A stretch of 64,000 nucleotides of DNA from Williopsis jadinii (Eukaryota): assembly GCA_024346625.1 (NCBI GenBank), contig AP024665.1:496001-560000 (forward strand), in the 5' to 3' direction. The notes below the pieces were generated by a model, which did no database searches, was not told the DNA's origin, and worked only from the letters and a program-made list of their open reading frames with translations. Positions within the stretch are counted from its first letter, which is position 1. Each line of letters starts with the position of its first letter. This document shows positions 1-9,142 of this stretch, one piece after another. Position numbers and translations under genes: made by a program.

Positions 1-1279
1 ATAGAGCCTAGGTTTAGTGTACCGTCTGTCGGTTTCATGTGATCACCTTCTAAAGGGAAACTTGTTTTTAACCAACCACACCGAAGATCGCATCACTCCG
101 GCATAATCTTATAATTGCTCTCTGCAGGCGAGTGGTGGTATCATTTGGGTCATATTCTTTCTGAATATTCGCAAAGATCTACCGTTCACCACTGGCTGCT
201 ATTTCGTATAGCAAAGGTGCGATAGACGCAACTCGGGCCAAACTGCACTTTTCTCCGTAAACCTATTTACCCGCAGCATAAAGAAGAAAGTCTATGTCTG
301 CATCGAGGTACTGATTTTCACTTTCGAACGTCGTCTCGGTTTCGAAAATGGCTGAGCTTGAGTGCTGTATTTGGAAGGTCACTGATAAACAATCTGGGTT
401 CATGTTCTCTGACCAATCAGTTCTCTTGTTGTAATCATGGAGGTAGATTGACGGTCTCTCGACATCATATCTCTTGTCTACGATACGTTGTCTGATCGCA
501 GCTTGGACACGATGTGTATACGGTGGATCAATGTGACCCGTTGGCTTTTCAATTGACAGTGGTGTGAACAGAACACACTGGATTGTCTTTGTTTCCTATG
601 TAGAGACAGCGAAAGAAGTGGAATTGAGGCACGGTAAGGAGTATTATTGTGGTTATGGATTTTTTTGGGGTAGGTTCGTTATAGAGATGAGTTTCCATTC
701 CAAAACATATGATTGTGTAGACTAAAGCTCAAAACATCCTTCTGCTGGTTTAATTTCACTTAGCTAAGGAGAGTGTCTCAATTCAGGTCAAATGATTGCC
801 AGTAAACCCTCTTTCAGGTTCTGACCCTGGGCTAGACGCATTCTCAAAGCAACAAACCCAGGCACTGCAACACTGTACACTATACTGGCGACATATACAA
901 TAGAACGCATGGATCCAGGCATTGTTGTGTCCTGCTCCTATCAAGCCACCGGCATTTTTGCTACATCTGCATCATCATTGTCTTTTTTTACTGATAACTA
1001 TAACTTCTGTTTTGAAAGTCAACGCTGTTGATGACAAGAAAAAGCCATCACTTATTAATCATCAATGAGCACACATCCTTGACACGTTGCATATGAATCT
1101 GTTTCAACAAGCAAGTTGAGATCATCTCTATTGATAATCGTAGGAGAAATCGAGCTGCTTCTCTTCAACGATTGATTGGATGCTACGACAATGCCTAACA
1201 CAGGTTAACTTCATCAAGGACATTAACGTGAGTTGTATGGAGTACCTGCAAAATCTATGCAGGTTGCGTAAACAGCCAC

Positions 1280-1299
1280 TTTTCGGAATATTCCGAAAA
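1280..1299. promoter_or_regulatory. Perfect 20-bp palindrome with CGG-N6-CCG (Zn2Cys6, Ppr1/UaY-type site)
   Basis: TTTTCGGAATATTCCGAAAA is its own reverse complement and contains TTCGG-N6-CCGAA, ~150 bp upstream of ALG10. Confidence 0.5.
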
Positions 1300-1447
1300 C
1301 AGGTGTTGGTTCAGGAACGCCCTCGTTAGCGTAAACTGGTTGGGGCCACATACTATATAGCTTTCGCAAGTCGATGAATCAAGACTTGGCCCTGTACTAC
1401 TTCAACAGAGGGCTTGAGCTGTACAGCATCCAGAAGTCTGGCCAACC

Positions 1448-2980
1448 ATGAGTGAGCCTTCAGATAAAGATGATAAGAGAGAACCCTTCAGTACTGCAGC
1501 GTTCGTCCACTCCAGAGACTTAGAAGGCGAAATCACGACATCGTTCATTTTCAACTGGTTTATTGGATGGCCATTACTGGTGATCCTCTTCACTTTCCTA
1601 ACATATACTCTTTCGACGCATTACGTCACACATAAGTTCATTGATGAGATATTCCATGTCTCAATGGTTGAGCAGTACTACGGTGGTGATCTGCGTACTT
1701 GGGATCCCAAAATCACCACGCCACCGGGGTTATACTACTTAGGATTGGTTTGGAGTAAAATCGTTTCAATATTACCCATCAAGTGTAACCCTGTTGGGTT
1801 GACTTCTTTGAGGTTATTGAACACATTTGGAGGCACAGTCGCTCTACCAATAGCTTTGAACCCACTGTTCTTACTCAACCCGGTTGGATGGTGGCCAACG
1901 TCGATAATGCTTTTTCCTGTACTGTCAACGTATTACTACCTCTTCTACACCGATGTATGGAGCACCGTCTTCATCGTTGCATCGCTCAGCGTTGCTATCG
2001 GAACACCTTGGAATGAAAAGCTCAGCATCAGAGTTAGTGCCTTCTTAGGGTTTTGCAGTGTTTGGATGAGACAGACAAACATTGTGTGGAATTTGCTGAT
2101 CCTCGTACTCGTCATCGAAAGAAGGGCCATGATTCAAAAGAACTTCACAGATAGTTTCCTTAATAACTGTATCAAGTTTGTGATACAACTGGTTGATGAC
2201 TTCTATGATTTCACTCTACCGTATTTAATCAATTTTGGTCTCTTTACCTTTTTCCTTATATACAACAGAGGCATCACCTTGGGAGACAAAGAGAACCATG
2301 TCGCTGGTCTTCACATCATGCAGTTCTTCTACTGTCTTACATTCATCACAATCTTCACGTGGCCTGTGTGGCTGAACTACAGCTACATCAAGAGCAGCAT
2401 CAGAAGATACTACTATCAACCATTCCAGATGTTCTTGGAGCTCTCGGCCATCATGCTTGTGATTCGCTTCTTCACAGTGGCCCATCCATTCCTGTTAGCA
2501 GATAACAGACACATTACATTTTACATCTGGAGGAAGATTATCAACTTTAGATGGTACACCAAATACCTCATGGCCCCTATTTATCACTTCTCCGTCGTGA
2601 CTGTATTCGGGGCTCTCATTGATGACTCCTTCTACTTTAACTCGGTGGATGAATTACCTTTCAAACACGCAAGAGATCTTCCTTTGAAACTGACAGGGAT
2701 CTCCATCATCACGTTGACACTATGCATCTTTTTTACAGTGGTTCCATCTCCACTGTTTGAGCCACGCTACTACATTCTCCCGTACATCTTCTTCAGAATC
2801 TTTGTATCTGTGATCTATGAGCCGTTCCTTCCAGGCGAGCCATTAAGTGGTATTGTATTGAGAAGGTTGAGCACCGAAGTTGCCTGGTTATTGGTGGCTA
2901 ACGTTGCAACGATAGGCTTATTCATCTTCAAGACATTCACGTGGGAAGGTGAAGAGTCACTACAGCGTATTATTTGGTGA
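1448..2980 (+). CDS. ALG10: Dol-P-Glc:Glc2Man9GlcNAc2-PP-Dol alpha-1,2-glucosyltransferase (Alg10/Die2)
   Basis: 510-aa multi-TM protein with FIDEIFH, WDPKITTPPGLY, RQTNIVW, HPFLLADNRH, PLFEPRYY motifs and C-terminal QRIIW typical of the Alg10 family. Confidence 0.96.
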   Translation: MSEPSDKDDKREPFSTAAFVHSRDLEGEITTSFIFNWFIGWPLLVILFTFLTYTLSTHYVTHKFIDEIFHVSMVEQYYGGDLRTWDPKITTPPGLYYLGLVWSKIVSILPIKCNPVGLTSLRLLNTFGGTVALPIALNPLFLLNPVGWWPTSIMLFPVLSTYYYLFYTDVWSTVFIVASLSVAIGTPWNEKLSIRVSAFLGFCSVWMRQTNIVWNLLILVLVIERRAMIQKNFTDSFLNNCIKFVIQLVDDFYDFTLPYLINFGLFTFFLIYNRGITLGDKENHVAGLHIMQFFYCLTFITIFTWPVWLNYSYIKSSIRRYYYQPFQMFLELSAIMLVIRFFTVAHPFLLADNRHITFYIWRKIINFRWYTKYLMAPIYHFSVVTVFGALIDDSFYFNSVDELPFKHARDLPLKLTGISIITLTLCIFFTVVPSPLFEPRYYILPYIFFRIFVSVIYEPFLPGEPLSGIVLRRLSTEVAWLLVANVATIGLFIFKTFTWEGEESLQRIIW

Positions 2981-3041
2981 ATTCATGGCGTGTGTCTAGA
3001 TTAAAGAAAAGTTGTGTGTTATAGAGAAAATTTCACGGTGA

Positions 3042-4526
3042 TTAATCAACCTTCATATCGTTCAGACCAAGAGATTCATTCTCCTCGAATGTTCTATCGT
3101 AGTCTTCAATGGTCATGTTTGGATCATCATCTGGGGCGTAAACGTTTTGAATGTATGAACTTGCCAATGGATCTTCCATGTGGACGGTGAATTTGATCTT
3201 TCCGTCAATAGCGTCTTGCAACTTGGTGAAGAAGGAGTTCCACTGCTCCTTGGCTGCTGCATCCATGGAATCAGATGTCTGTGAGAACACCTTGGAATGC
3301 AATTCATCGTACACTTGTCTCAAAAGACCCTCGATAGTAGTGAAACGGCCACCTAGCGTACCTGGAGTAAGATCCAAATGCAATTCTGGAACTGTCAGAC
3401 CACAAGTTTCCGATTTCAATATATCTCTAGCCAAATCTTCTGGATCGTCAACCTTAAGAGAGATACGACGACCCTTTTCAGGGATTGCACCTCCCGTTTT
3501 AACTTCATTGGACTTGTATCCACATTTATCGCACGTGGTACTCATTAGAATAACATCCTTGAAATGTGGGATATTCACCTGTTTCATATGTGTGACACAT
3601 GGTGAATAACATGTTGGACAGGTAGCCGCAAAGTTTTGAACCTCATTCTCGAAGTTCTCTATGTCGGTTGCATCAGAGATGAACCCAGAGGCAGTTGGGT
3701 TTCTAGTCTTGTCAGCTAGTTCTGCAGCTCTCTTTTGACGAATTTGAGCCAATTGGTCCTCAGTAATGATACCAACCTGAACGTTCTGCTCATCCGTTCT
3801 CGTGTACTCAACATGCGACCACTTGTGTGCCGGCTCATTTGGAATAAATTCAATCCAGGAGTTTCCAGCAGGGTCATCGAGTTCAAACGTTAGGGGAAGT
3901 GTTCCTTCCTCAGCATTCAAAGTGCTTTGAACCTTCTTAATGAATTGTTCAATCTTATCATGGATCTCTTTGTTCTGTTCCAATCTCGAAGGTTGGTCTG
4001 CTTTCAAGTCATCAATCATCTCAACCAGTAATCCTTCAACGTTTGTCAATTGACCTCTCTTTGGTGGAATTTCAATGTCTAGTTCCACAAATTTACAGGT
4101 GGCAGTCTCCTGCTTGATAACCTGTCTGTTGAAATCATTCTTCTCTTCGATCTTAAGAACATATTTAGCGCCCTTTGGTTGAATAGCACCTGCTGGTTGC
4201 AACTCCGAATTCTTGAACCCACAATGAGGACACTCGAATGACATCAGAATCACCTCCTGGAAATATGGAATCTTCGTCAAAAGCATTCTGGTGACACCAT
4301 CCTTATGACAGTTCATACAAAGAGACTTGATCTCTTGCACTGGGTGACCTTCAGCATCCTCAGCACCGGTTTGACGAATGCCTTCTTCATTGAAATCCGT
4401 CTCTTTGGAAACTTCCTCAGCAGCTTGTCCCACTGGTTGGAAGAATTCTTCCTGTTTAGCAGCGGTGTCGGTAGTTTGTTCTGTGCTCATATCTAGTTTT
4501 GGCTTCTTATTGATAAATTCGTCCAT
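3042..4526 (-). CDS. ZPR1: Zinc finger protein Zpr1 (eEF1A chaperone)
   Basis: Two ZnF-A/B modules (SLCMNC...CPHCG; CPTC...CDKCG), DDPAGNSWIE and EDPLASSYIQN motifs; first ATG at 4526 (track start 4529 is TTG). Confidence 0.97.
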   Translation of the reverse strand: MDEFINKKPKLDMSTEQTTDTAAKQEEFFQPVGQAAEEVSKETDFNEEGIRQTGAEDAEGHPVQEIKSLCMNCHKDGVTRMLLTKIPYFQEVILMSFECPHCGFKNSELQPAGAIQPKGAKYVLKIEEKNDFNRQVIKQETATCKFVELDIEIPPKRGQLTNVEGLLVEMIDDLKADQPSRLEQNKEIHDKIEQFIKKVQSTLNAEEGTLPLTFELDDPAGNSWIEFIPNEPAHKWSHVEYTRTDEQNVQVGIITEDQLAQIRQKRAAELADKTRNPTASGFISDATDIENFENEVQNFAATCPTCYSPCVTHMKQVNIPHFKDVILMSTTCDKCGYKSNEVKTGGAIPEKGRRISLKVDDPEDLARDILKSETCGLTVPELHLDLTPGTLGGRFTTIEGLLRQVYDELHSKVFSQTSDSMDAAAKEQWNSFFTKLQDAIDGKIKFTVHMEDPLASSYIQNVYAPDDDPNMTIEDYDRTFEENESLGLNDMKVD

Positions 4527-4610
4527 CAATGGGCTGATAAGAGCAGATTCCTATCTTTATAAGCTCCCTCCGTGAGAAAGATTGGATCCCAAAGCTTCCA
4601 GAACAGCAGA

Positions 4611-4636
4611 GAAAAATTTCGATCGATGGCGATGAG
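4611..4636. promoter_or_regulatory. RRPE + PAC ribosome-biogenesis promoter elements (ZPR1)
   Basis: GAAAAATTT at 4611 and GCGATGAG at 4629-4636; Cbf1-type TCACGTGA at 4703-4710. Confidence 0.7.
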
Positions 4637-4837
4637 GTGGAAAAGTTGGCTAAAGGTACTAAATAGGAAATATTCCTATTGTATGAGTTCCGAGGGATTA
4701 TATCACGTGAAATGCTTTTCAATCATTAACCGGATGTGATACTCACGGTATATGCAGCTACTTTCTTCTAATGGTATAACCCATAATACCTTCTACAAAT
4801 GAATCAAGCCATAAGGGAATAGCTTCTTTCTTGAGTG

Positions 4838-6379
4838 ATGAACCTGACAGCTGCCGACGGATCTGGCAATTCAGCAAGGCAGCGAATAGCTTTAAGGTCC
4901 CAAAGAGATGTCAGTGCTAACGTCACCATAGATCAAGTTAGTACCCGAGGTGTTAGCCTATCAAGTGTAATCTTTGAGGAGTATGGATATACCTCTGATG
5001 CATTAGTACAACTGTACACGTTGTTAGATTCTGGGATACACTCTGTTGTTGCTGATTTATACTGGAATGAGGGACTGAGGCGGTTCCAACTATGCCCCGT
5101 TCCCTTCGACAACATTTTATGGCAGTTTGAAAACAGTACAGTGAGGTACTTTGAGGAAGGTACAAGTTCTTACCAATGTGAGGTTGGATTAGGACTTGAA
5201 GATTTGATTTATGCAGTCTCGGAGTATTTGGATGAATCCAACACCAATCTGAAAGCGGACATAATGGTTATGATATTCAACATCATTTCCATTGGCAGCG
5301 GCCGACAATATGATGCCTCACTACAAGGAAGCCCCAACAACACCATTGCAAATACTGCTTCTTACTTCTTCGGATCGAAGTTGTTTACCCCGTCATTATT
5401 GGAAAACCAGGATACGTTAGATTCCACCAGCAACAATCCAAATGGGTACCCTACTCTTCAAGATTTCCTCTTCAACCAACTGCACAGAGTACTCACAGTT
5501 ACCTGGAAGAGGTCACTCCCAACGAATACCACATACAATTTATCTTCAGACAATGGTGTGGTGTTCAACTCGTCATATTTCAATTCCTTTACACCTTTAC
5601 AAAACGTCTACATGGATAATGTTACAGAGAGAGCCACTGTGCCATGGAGGTTTTCATTTGATTCCGACGAGGACGAGTTCACAGCTTCATCTATGAATAG
5701 CGTTGTTCTCGAGGGATACTCGCCTATTTTAGACCATGACAGTGGAAATGTGAATCAAACCATAGCGCTTTTTAACCAATCTTTATGGTCATGGGATGTG
5801 AATGAGCCTAAATCTCCAAGTGTTGCTAAAGCAACAGATGATTCTAGTGATAACTCCTTTTCAAAAGATGCGTATAGGTGTGCAGTAATTGGTTCAGACG
5901 GTCTATGGAGAGTTGCAAACTGTTATAGCGATCATCGTGGCGCCTGTAGAGGATCCAACGAATTCGATTGGCGCACAACACGCAATGTCGGTTCATATTT
6001 TAACATGGATGATATGTGCAATAATATTGAAGGTGACTACACGTTCTCAGTTCCAGAGACGAGTTTACAGCAAAAGTACCTAGCCAATTACATCAGTTCA
6101 CAGAACATCAGCGCAACAGTATGGATCAACATGAATTCCATCGCAGTTGAAGATTGCTGGATCACTGGAGGCCCTTATGCCAATTGCCCCTATCAGAGAG
6201 TCCAGTCAAAGAGAAACTTTGCAAGAATGATTGTGCCTGCGTCCGTTGCAGCAGCTTTCGTGATAGCAATGATGCTACTGATGAGATTCCGTAAAGTTCC
6301 AATACAGAAAAATCGGAAACGTTGGCGTCACATTGAACGTGAGAAGACAGAAGGTGAATACGATGGTGTTCCTTCATGA
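4838..6379 (+). CDS. MTC6: Maintenance of telomere capping protein 6 family, single C-terminal TM glycoprotein
   Basis: ALRSQRDVSANVTIDQ, WSWDVNEP, WINMNSIAVEDCWITGGPYANCPY, C-terminal TM and EYDGVPS end; 5' end uncertain because no signal peptide is visible. Confidence 0.85.
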   Translation: MNLTAADGSGNSARQRIALRSQRDVSANVTIDQVSTRGVSLSSVIFEEYGYTSDALVQLYTLLDSGIHSVVADLYWNEGLRRFQLCPVPFDNILWQFENSTVRYFEEGTSSYQCEVGLGLEDLIYAVSEYLDESNTNLKADIMVMIFNIISIGSGRQYDASLQGSPNNTIANTASYFFGSKLFTPSLLENQDTLDSTSNNPNGYPTLQDFLFNQLHRVLTVTWKRSLPTNTTYNLSSDNGVVFNSSYFNSFTPLQNVYMDNVTERATVPWRFSFDSDEDEFTASSMNSVVLEGYSPILDHDSGNVNQTIALFNQSLWSWDVNEPKSPSVAKATDDSSDNSFSKDAYRCAVIGSDGLWRVANCYSDHRGACRGSNEFDWRTTRNVGSYFNMDDMCNNIEGDYTFSVPETSLQQKYLANYISSQNISATVWINMNSIAVEDCWITGGPYANCPYQRVQSKRNFARMIVPASVAAAFVIAMMLLMRFRKVPIQKNRKRWRHIEREKTEGEYDGVPS

Positions 6380-6615
6380 AGGCCCGCTATATGTGTGGGG
6401 TTTCACTAATGATTTTAACGACCTTTTCTTTCTAATACTGAGATAGACAAATAATACCAAGATGGATAGATATTACTTAAGCAGTCAGAAAACACTACAA
6501 TCTTTGTTGTCAATCAATATATACAAATACACATGTATTCATTTGCATCATCAGTTGGGGACAATGGAAAAATGCTATATACAGTAAAATCTGTGCCCAC
6601 CCTCCGTACTTAGAC

Positions 6616-6945
6616 TCACTTCTTCTTCTTCTTACCGGAATCATCAGCCTTTGATCTCTTCTTTGCTGGTGCACCCTTACCTCTTCTCTTTCTGGAGCCC
6701 AGGACCTCTAATCTGTACTCCTCCTCAGGATCTATGAACTTGTACAATGGGAATCTGGCATTCAACTGCTTCGTGGTGATGAACTCCTTTGGGCCATAGT
6801 ATGAAGAAACTACCGGCCCCTTTAGTTGTTTCTGCAAGATCTTGGAGCCAGTACGTTGCGGTATCCCGGTGGGCGTGATATTGTGGAATATCTTCGCTTG
6901 TAGCTTTGCAACCTCTAAGAGGCGAGCTTTGGTAGGAGCAGACAT
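6616..6945 (-). CDS. RSM27: Mitochondrial small-subunit ribosomal protein mS33 (Rsm27)
   Basis: AKIF...RTGSKIL...LKGP...YY...RKRRGKGAP motif; neighbour of RPS0 as in S. cerevisiae. Confidence 0.93.
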   Translation of the reverse strand: MSAPTKARLLEVAKLQAKIFHNITPTGIPQRTGSKILQKQLKGPVVSSYYGPKEFITTKQLNARFPLYKFIDPEEEYRLEVLGSRKRRGKGAPAKKRSKADDSGKKKKK

Positions 6946-7367
6946 CCTTAACTACTTTCTGATGCCCTTGTGCTGTTGATGGAAAAGAGCCGCCAACGTG
7001 AACAGTTTTTCAAAAGCTCAACACCGCTTTGTGGTTGGAATATTTCGCGAATTTTCTCCCACAACAAAGAGCTGGAACACTAAACACAACTGATGAATAT
7101 CAACCTGTGTATAAGCTTAGATCTTAGTGAGTTCATATGAGCTTGATGTTGTGAGCCTATCTGCCAACTGACGTTAATCACCGTCAATAGGTTTATTCAT
7201 CTGTTAAAGCGCTGTGTACTACCAAATGATATCAACTGCTGACTACGATGAGACTGCGGTACCATCATGGGCTCGACCAGCAAATCACTACAGCACACTC
7301 TCCAAGTCCAAACAAAGATCATTTTACATTAGATATATGAAGATTTTTGCAACCGTTAATACACAAA

Positions 7368-8492
7368 TCACCAAGCAGCTTGAGCTGGAGCCTCAGTGGC
7401 CTCAGCGGTCCAGTCAGCTGGAGCCTCAGTAGCTTCAGCGGTCCAGTCAGCCTCAGCTGGAGCAGACCAATCTTGCTCCTCAACTTGCTCCTCAGTCTCC
7501 TCCTCGGCTTGCTCCTCAGCAGTTGGCTCAGCCTCTTCTGGGTCTCTGTAGAAGTACAAATCTGGCATGATGTTCCATGGCTCCTCACGGGATGGGAGGG
7601 AACCTCTAAGACGCAAAACCTCACGGGCCAACAAGTACCAGATCAAACCGATGGAGTGCTTACCCTTGTTGTTGGTTGGGATAGCGACATCAACGTACTC
7701 GGATGGAGAGTCCAAGTCAGACAAAGCAATGACTGGGATGTTAACGTAAGAGGACTCCTTGATGGCTTGAGCATCGGTTCTTGGGTCAGTGACGATGATC
7801 AAACGTGGCTCCTTGAAGGAACGGGTGATGTAGTTGGTGAAGTTACCTGGGGTGAAACGACCAGCAATGGCAGTGGCACCGGTGTGGGCGGCAAACTTAA
7901 GAACAGCACGTTGACCGAAAGTACGGGAAGAGACAGCAACAACGTCAGCTGGGTTTGGAATAGCAGCGATGACACGGGCAGCAAGGACAATCTTCTCCCA
8001 AGTCTTACCAACGTTGATCACGTTGACACCATCTGGACGGGTCTTGTAAACGTATGGCTCGTTGTGAACCTAGAGTATTATGGTTAGTATCTTCTGTGAG
8101 GATAAATTTCAGATCTGTTCATGGTAAAGTTTGCCTCCGGTTGTGAATGGATACGATGCATCTGTGGAAGCACCTTATAAGGGCCAAATGTCTGCGTAAA
8201 GTAACCCATTTTTGATGATTCAGTCAAAACTATCATGTATCTCATTCTCTACGATTAAATTGCACCTTGGGTAAAGAGCTCCATATGTAGAGGATGATTT
8301 CTGAATCCTCATCCTCTTGTCATCGTAACTTTTCACGCCTACTTCATTCACTAACGGAATCGACAAACTCTCTCAAACATCTCTTCTGGACAAATGACAT
8401 ACTTGAACGTTCTTGGAACCCAAGTGAACGTTAGCAGCCAAAAGCAACTTGGCATCCTCTGGGGTAAGGTCGAAACTAGCTGGCAAAGACAT
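7368..8492 (-). CDS. RPS0: 40S ribosomal protein uS2 (Rps0); exons 8492-8403 and 8069-7368, 263 aa
   Basis: Exon 1 [30 protein letters not shown] spliced to [32 protein letters not shown]... Confidence 0.98.
7383..7451 (-). repeat. 33-bp tandem duplication encoding the (A)[10 protein letters not shown] repeat in the Rps0 tail
   Basis: agctggagcctcagtggcctcagcggtccagtc (7383-7415) and agctggagcctcagtagcttcagcggtccagtc (7416-7448). Confidence 0.9.
8070..8402 (-). other. Spliceosomal intron of RPS0 (333 nt)
   Basis: Minus strand GTATGT at 8402, TACTAAC at 8089-8083, TAG ending at 8070; phase 0, restores the conserved protein. Confidence 0.97.
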
Positions 8493-8637
8493 TGTGTATG
8501 TTCCTAGTTGGTGTGGTTGTGCTTACCTATTGGTGATGTTTGAAGTGAAGATAAATTCAAATATTTCAGCGTTGTCGCGCAAAATGGGACTGCGGAAAAA
8601 ATCTTTGAGTTAGCGTGTGTGGTGCGTACCATACATG

Positions 8638-8942
8638 TAGGCAGAAGAATCTCTTGTGTGTGTACCTATCAAATCTCTGCCTAGCCATCAGAGTCTTGGG
8701 CAGGGCTGTAACCAGCTTCCTCGCGATTCCCACCTAACAGAGCTTCCTAGACAGGGGCCGAGGATTGAAAAACAACAGCCCTGGCTCTTCGAAAAAGTCC
8801 ATGCTACTCATCTCGCACTTCTGTTTTCTTGAAAAAAACGGAACTCTGGTGCAAGGATGTTAGAAGACATGTGGCGTTTTCCAAAAATATAGCCCTAATA
8901 GATGGCACGTGATGAAGTGTCCCTATATTTTGAGTAGCCCTA
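8638..8942. promoter_or_regulatory. RPS0 promoter: IFHL-like inverted pair, Tbf1-like and Cbf1 sites
   Basis: TAGGCAGA 8638-8645 and TCTGCCTA 8676-8683; TAGCCCTAA 8890-8898, CACGTGA 8906-8912, TAGCCCTA 8935-8942. Confidence 0.65.
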
Positions 8943-9142
8943 CTGATGGAAAAGATAAGTGGCGAGAAAAGTCAAAGGACGAAAACCCGATCTTCCAAGC
9001 ATTTCGAGTTTCAGAGTGTTGATTATCGGCGTTTTACCCTTGAATCACTGAAGATATCTGCTCGTCGTTACTGGGAATCATAATACAGTTTTTGACCCCC
9101 TTTCACATAAATTCAGGTGAAGAGTCTTGCTGATCCCTTCCC

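Noticed and set aside
7347..8087. 246-aa antisense ORF over RPS0 (similarly 32264-32830 over ARF1 and 33984-34325 over RPL35)
   Set aside because: Mirror-frame ORFs expected from strong codon bias in highly expressed genes; no recognisable protein features
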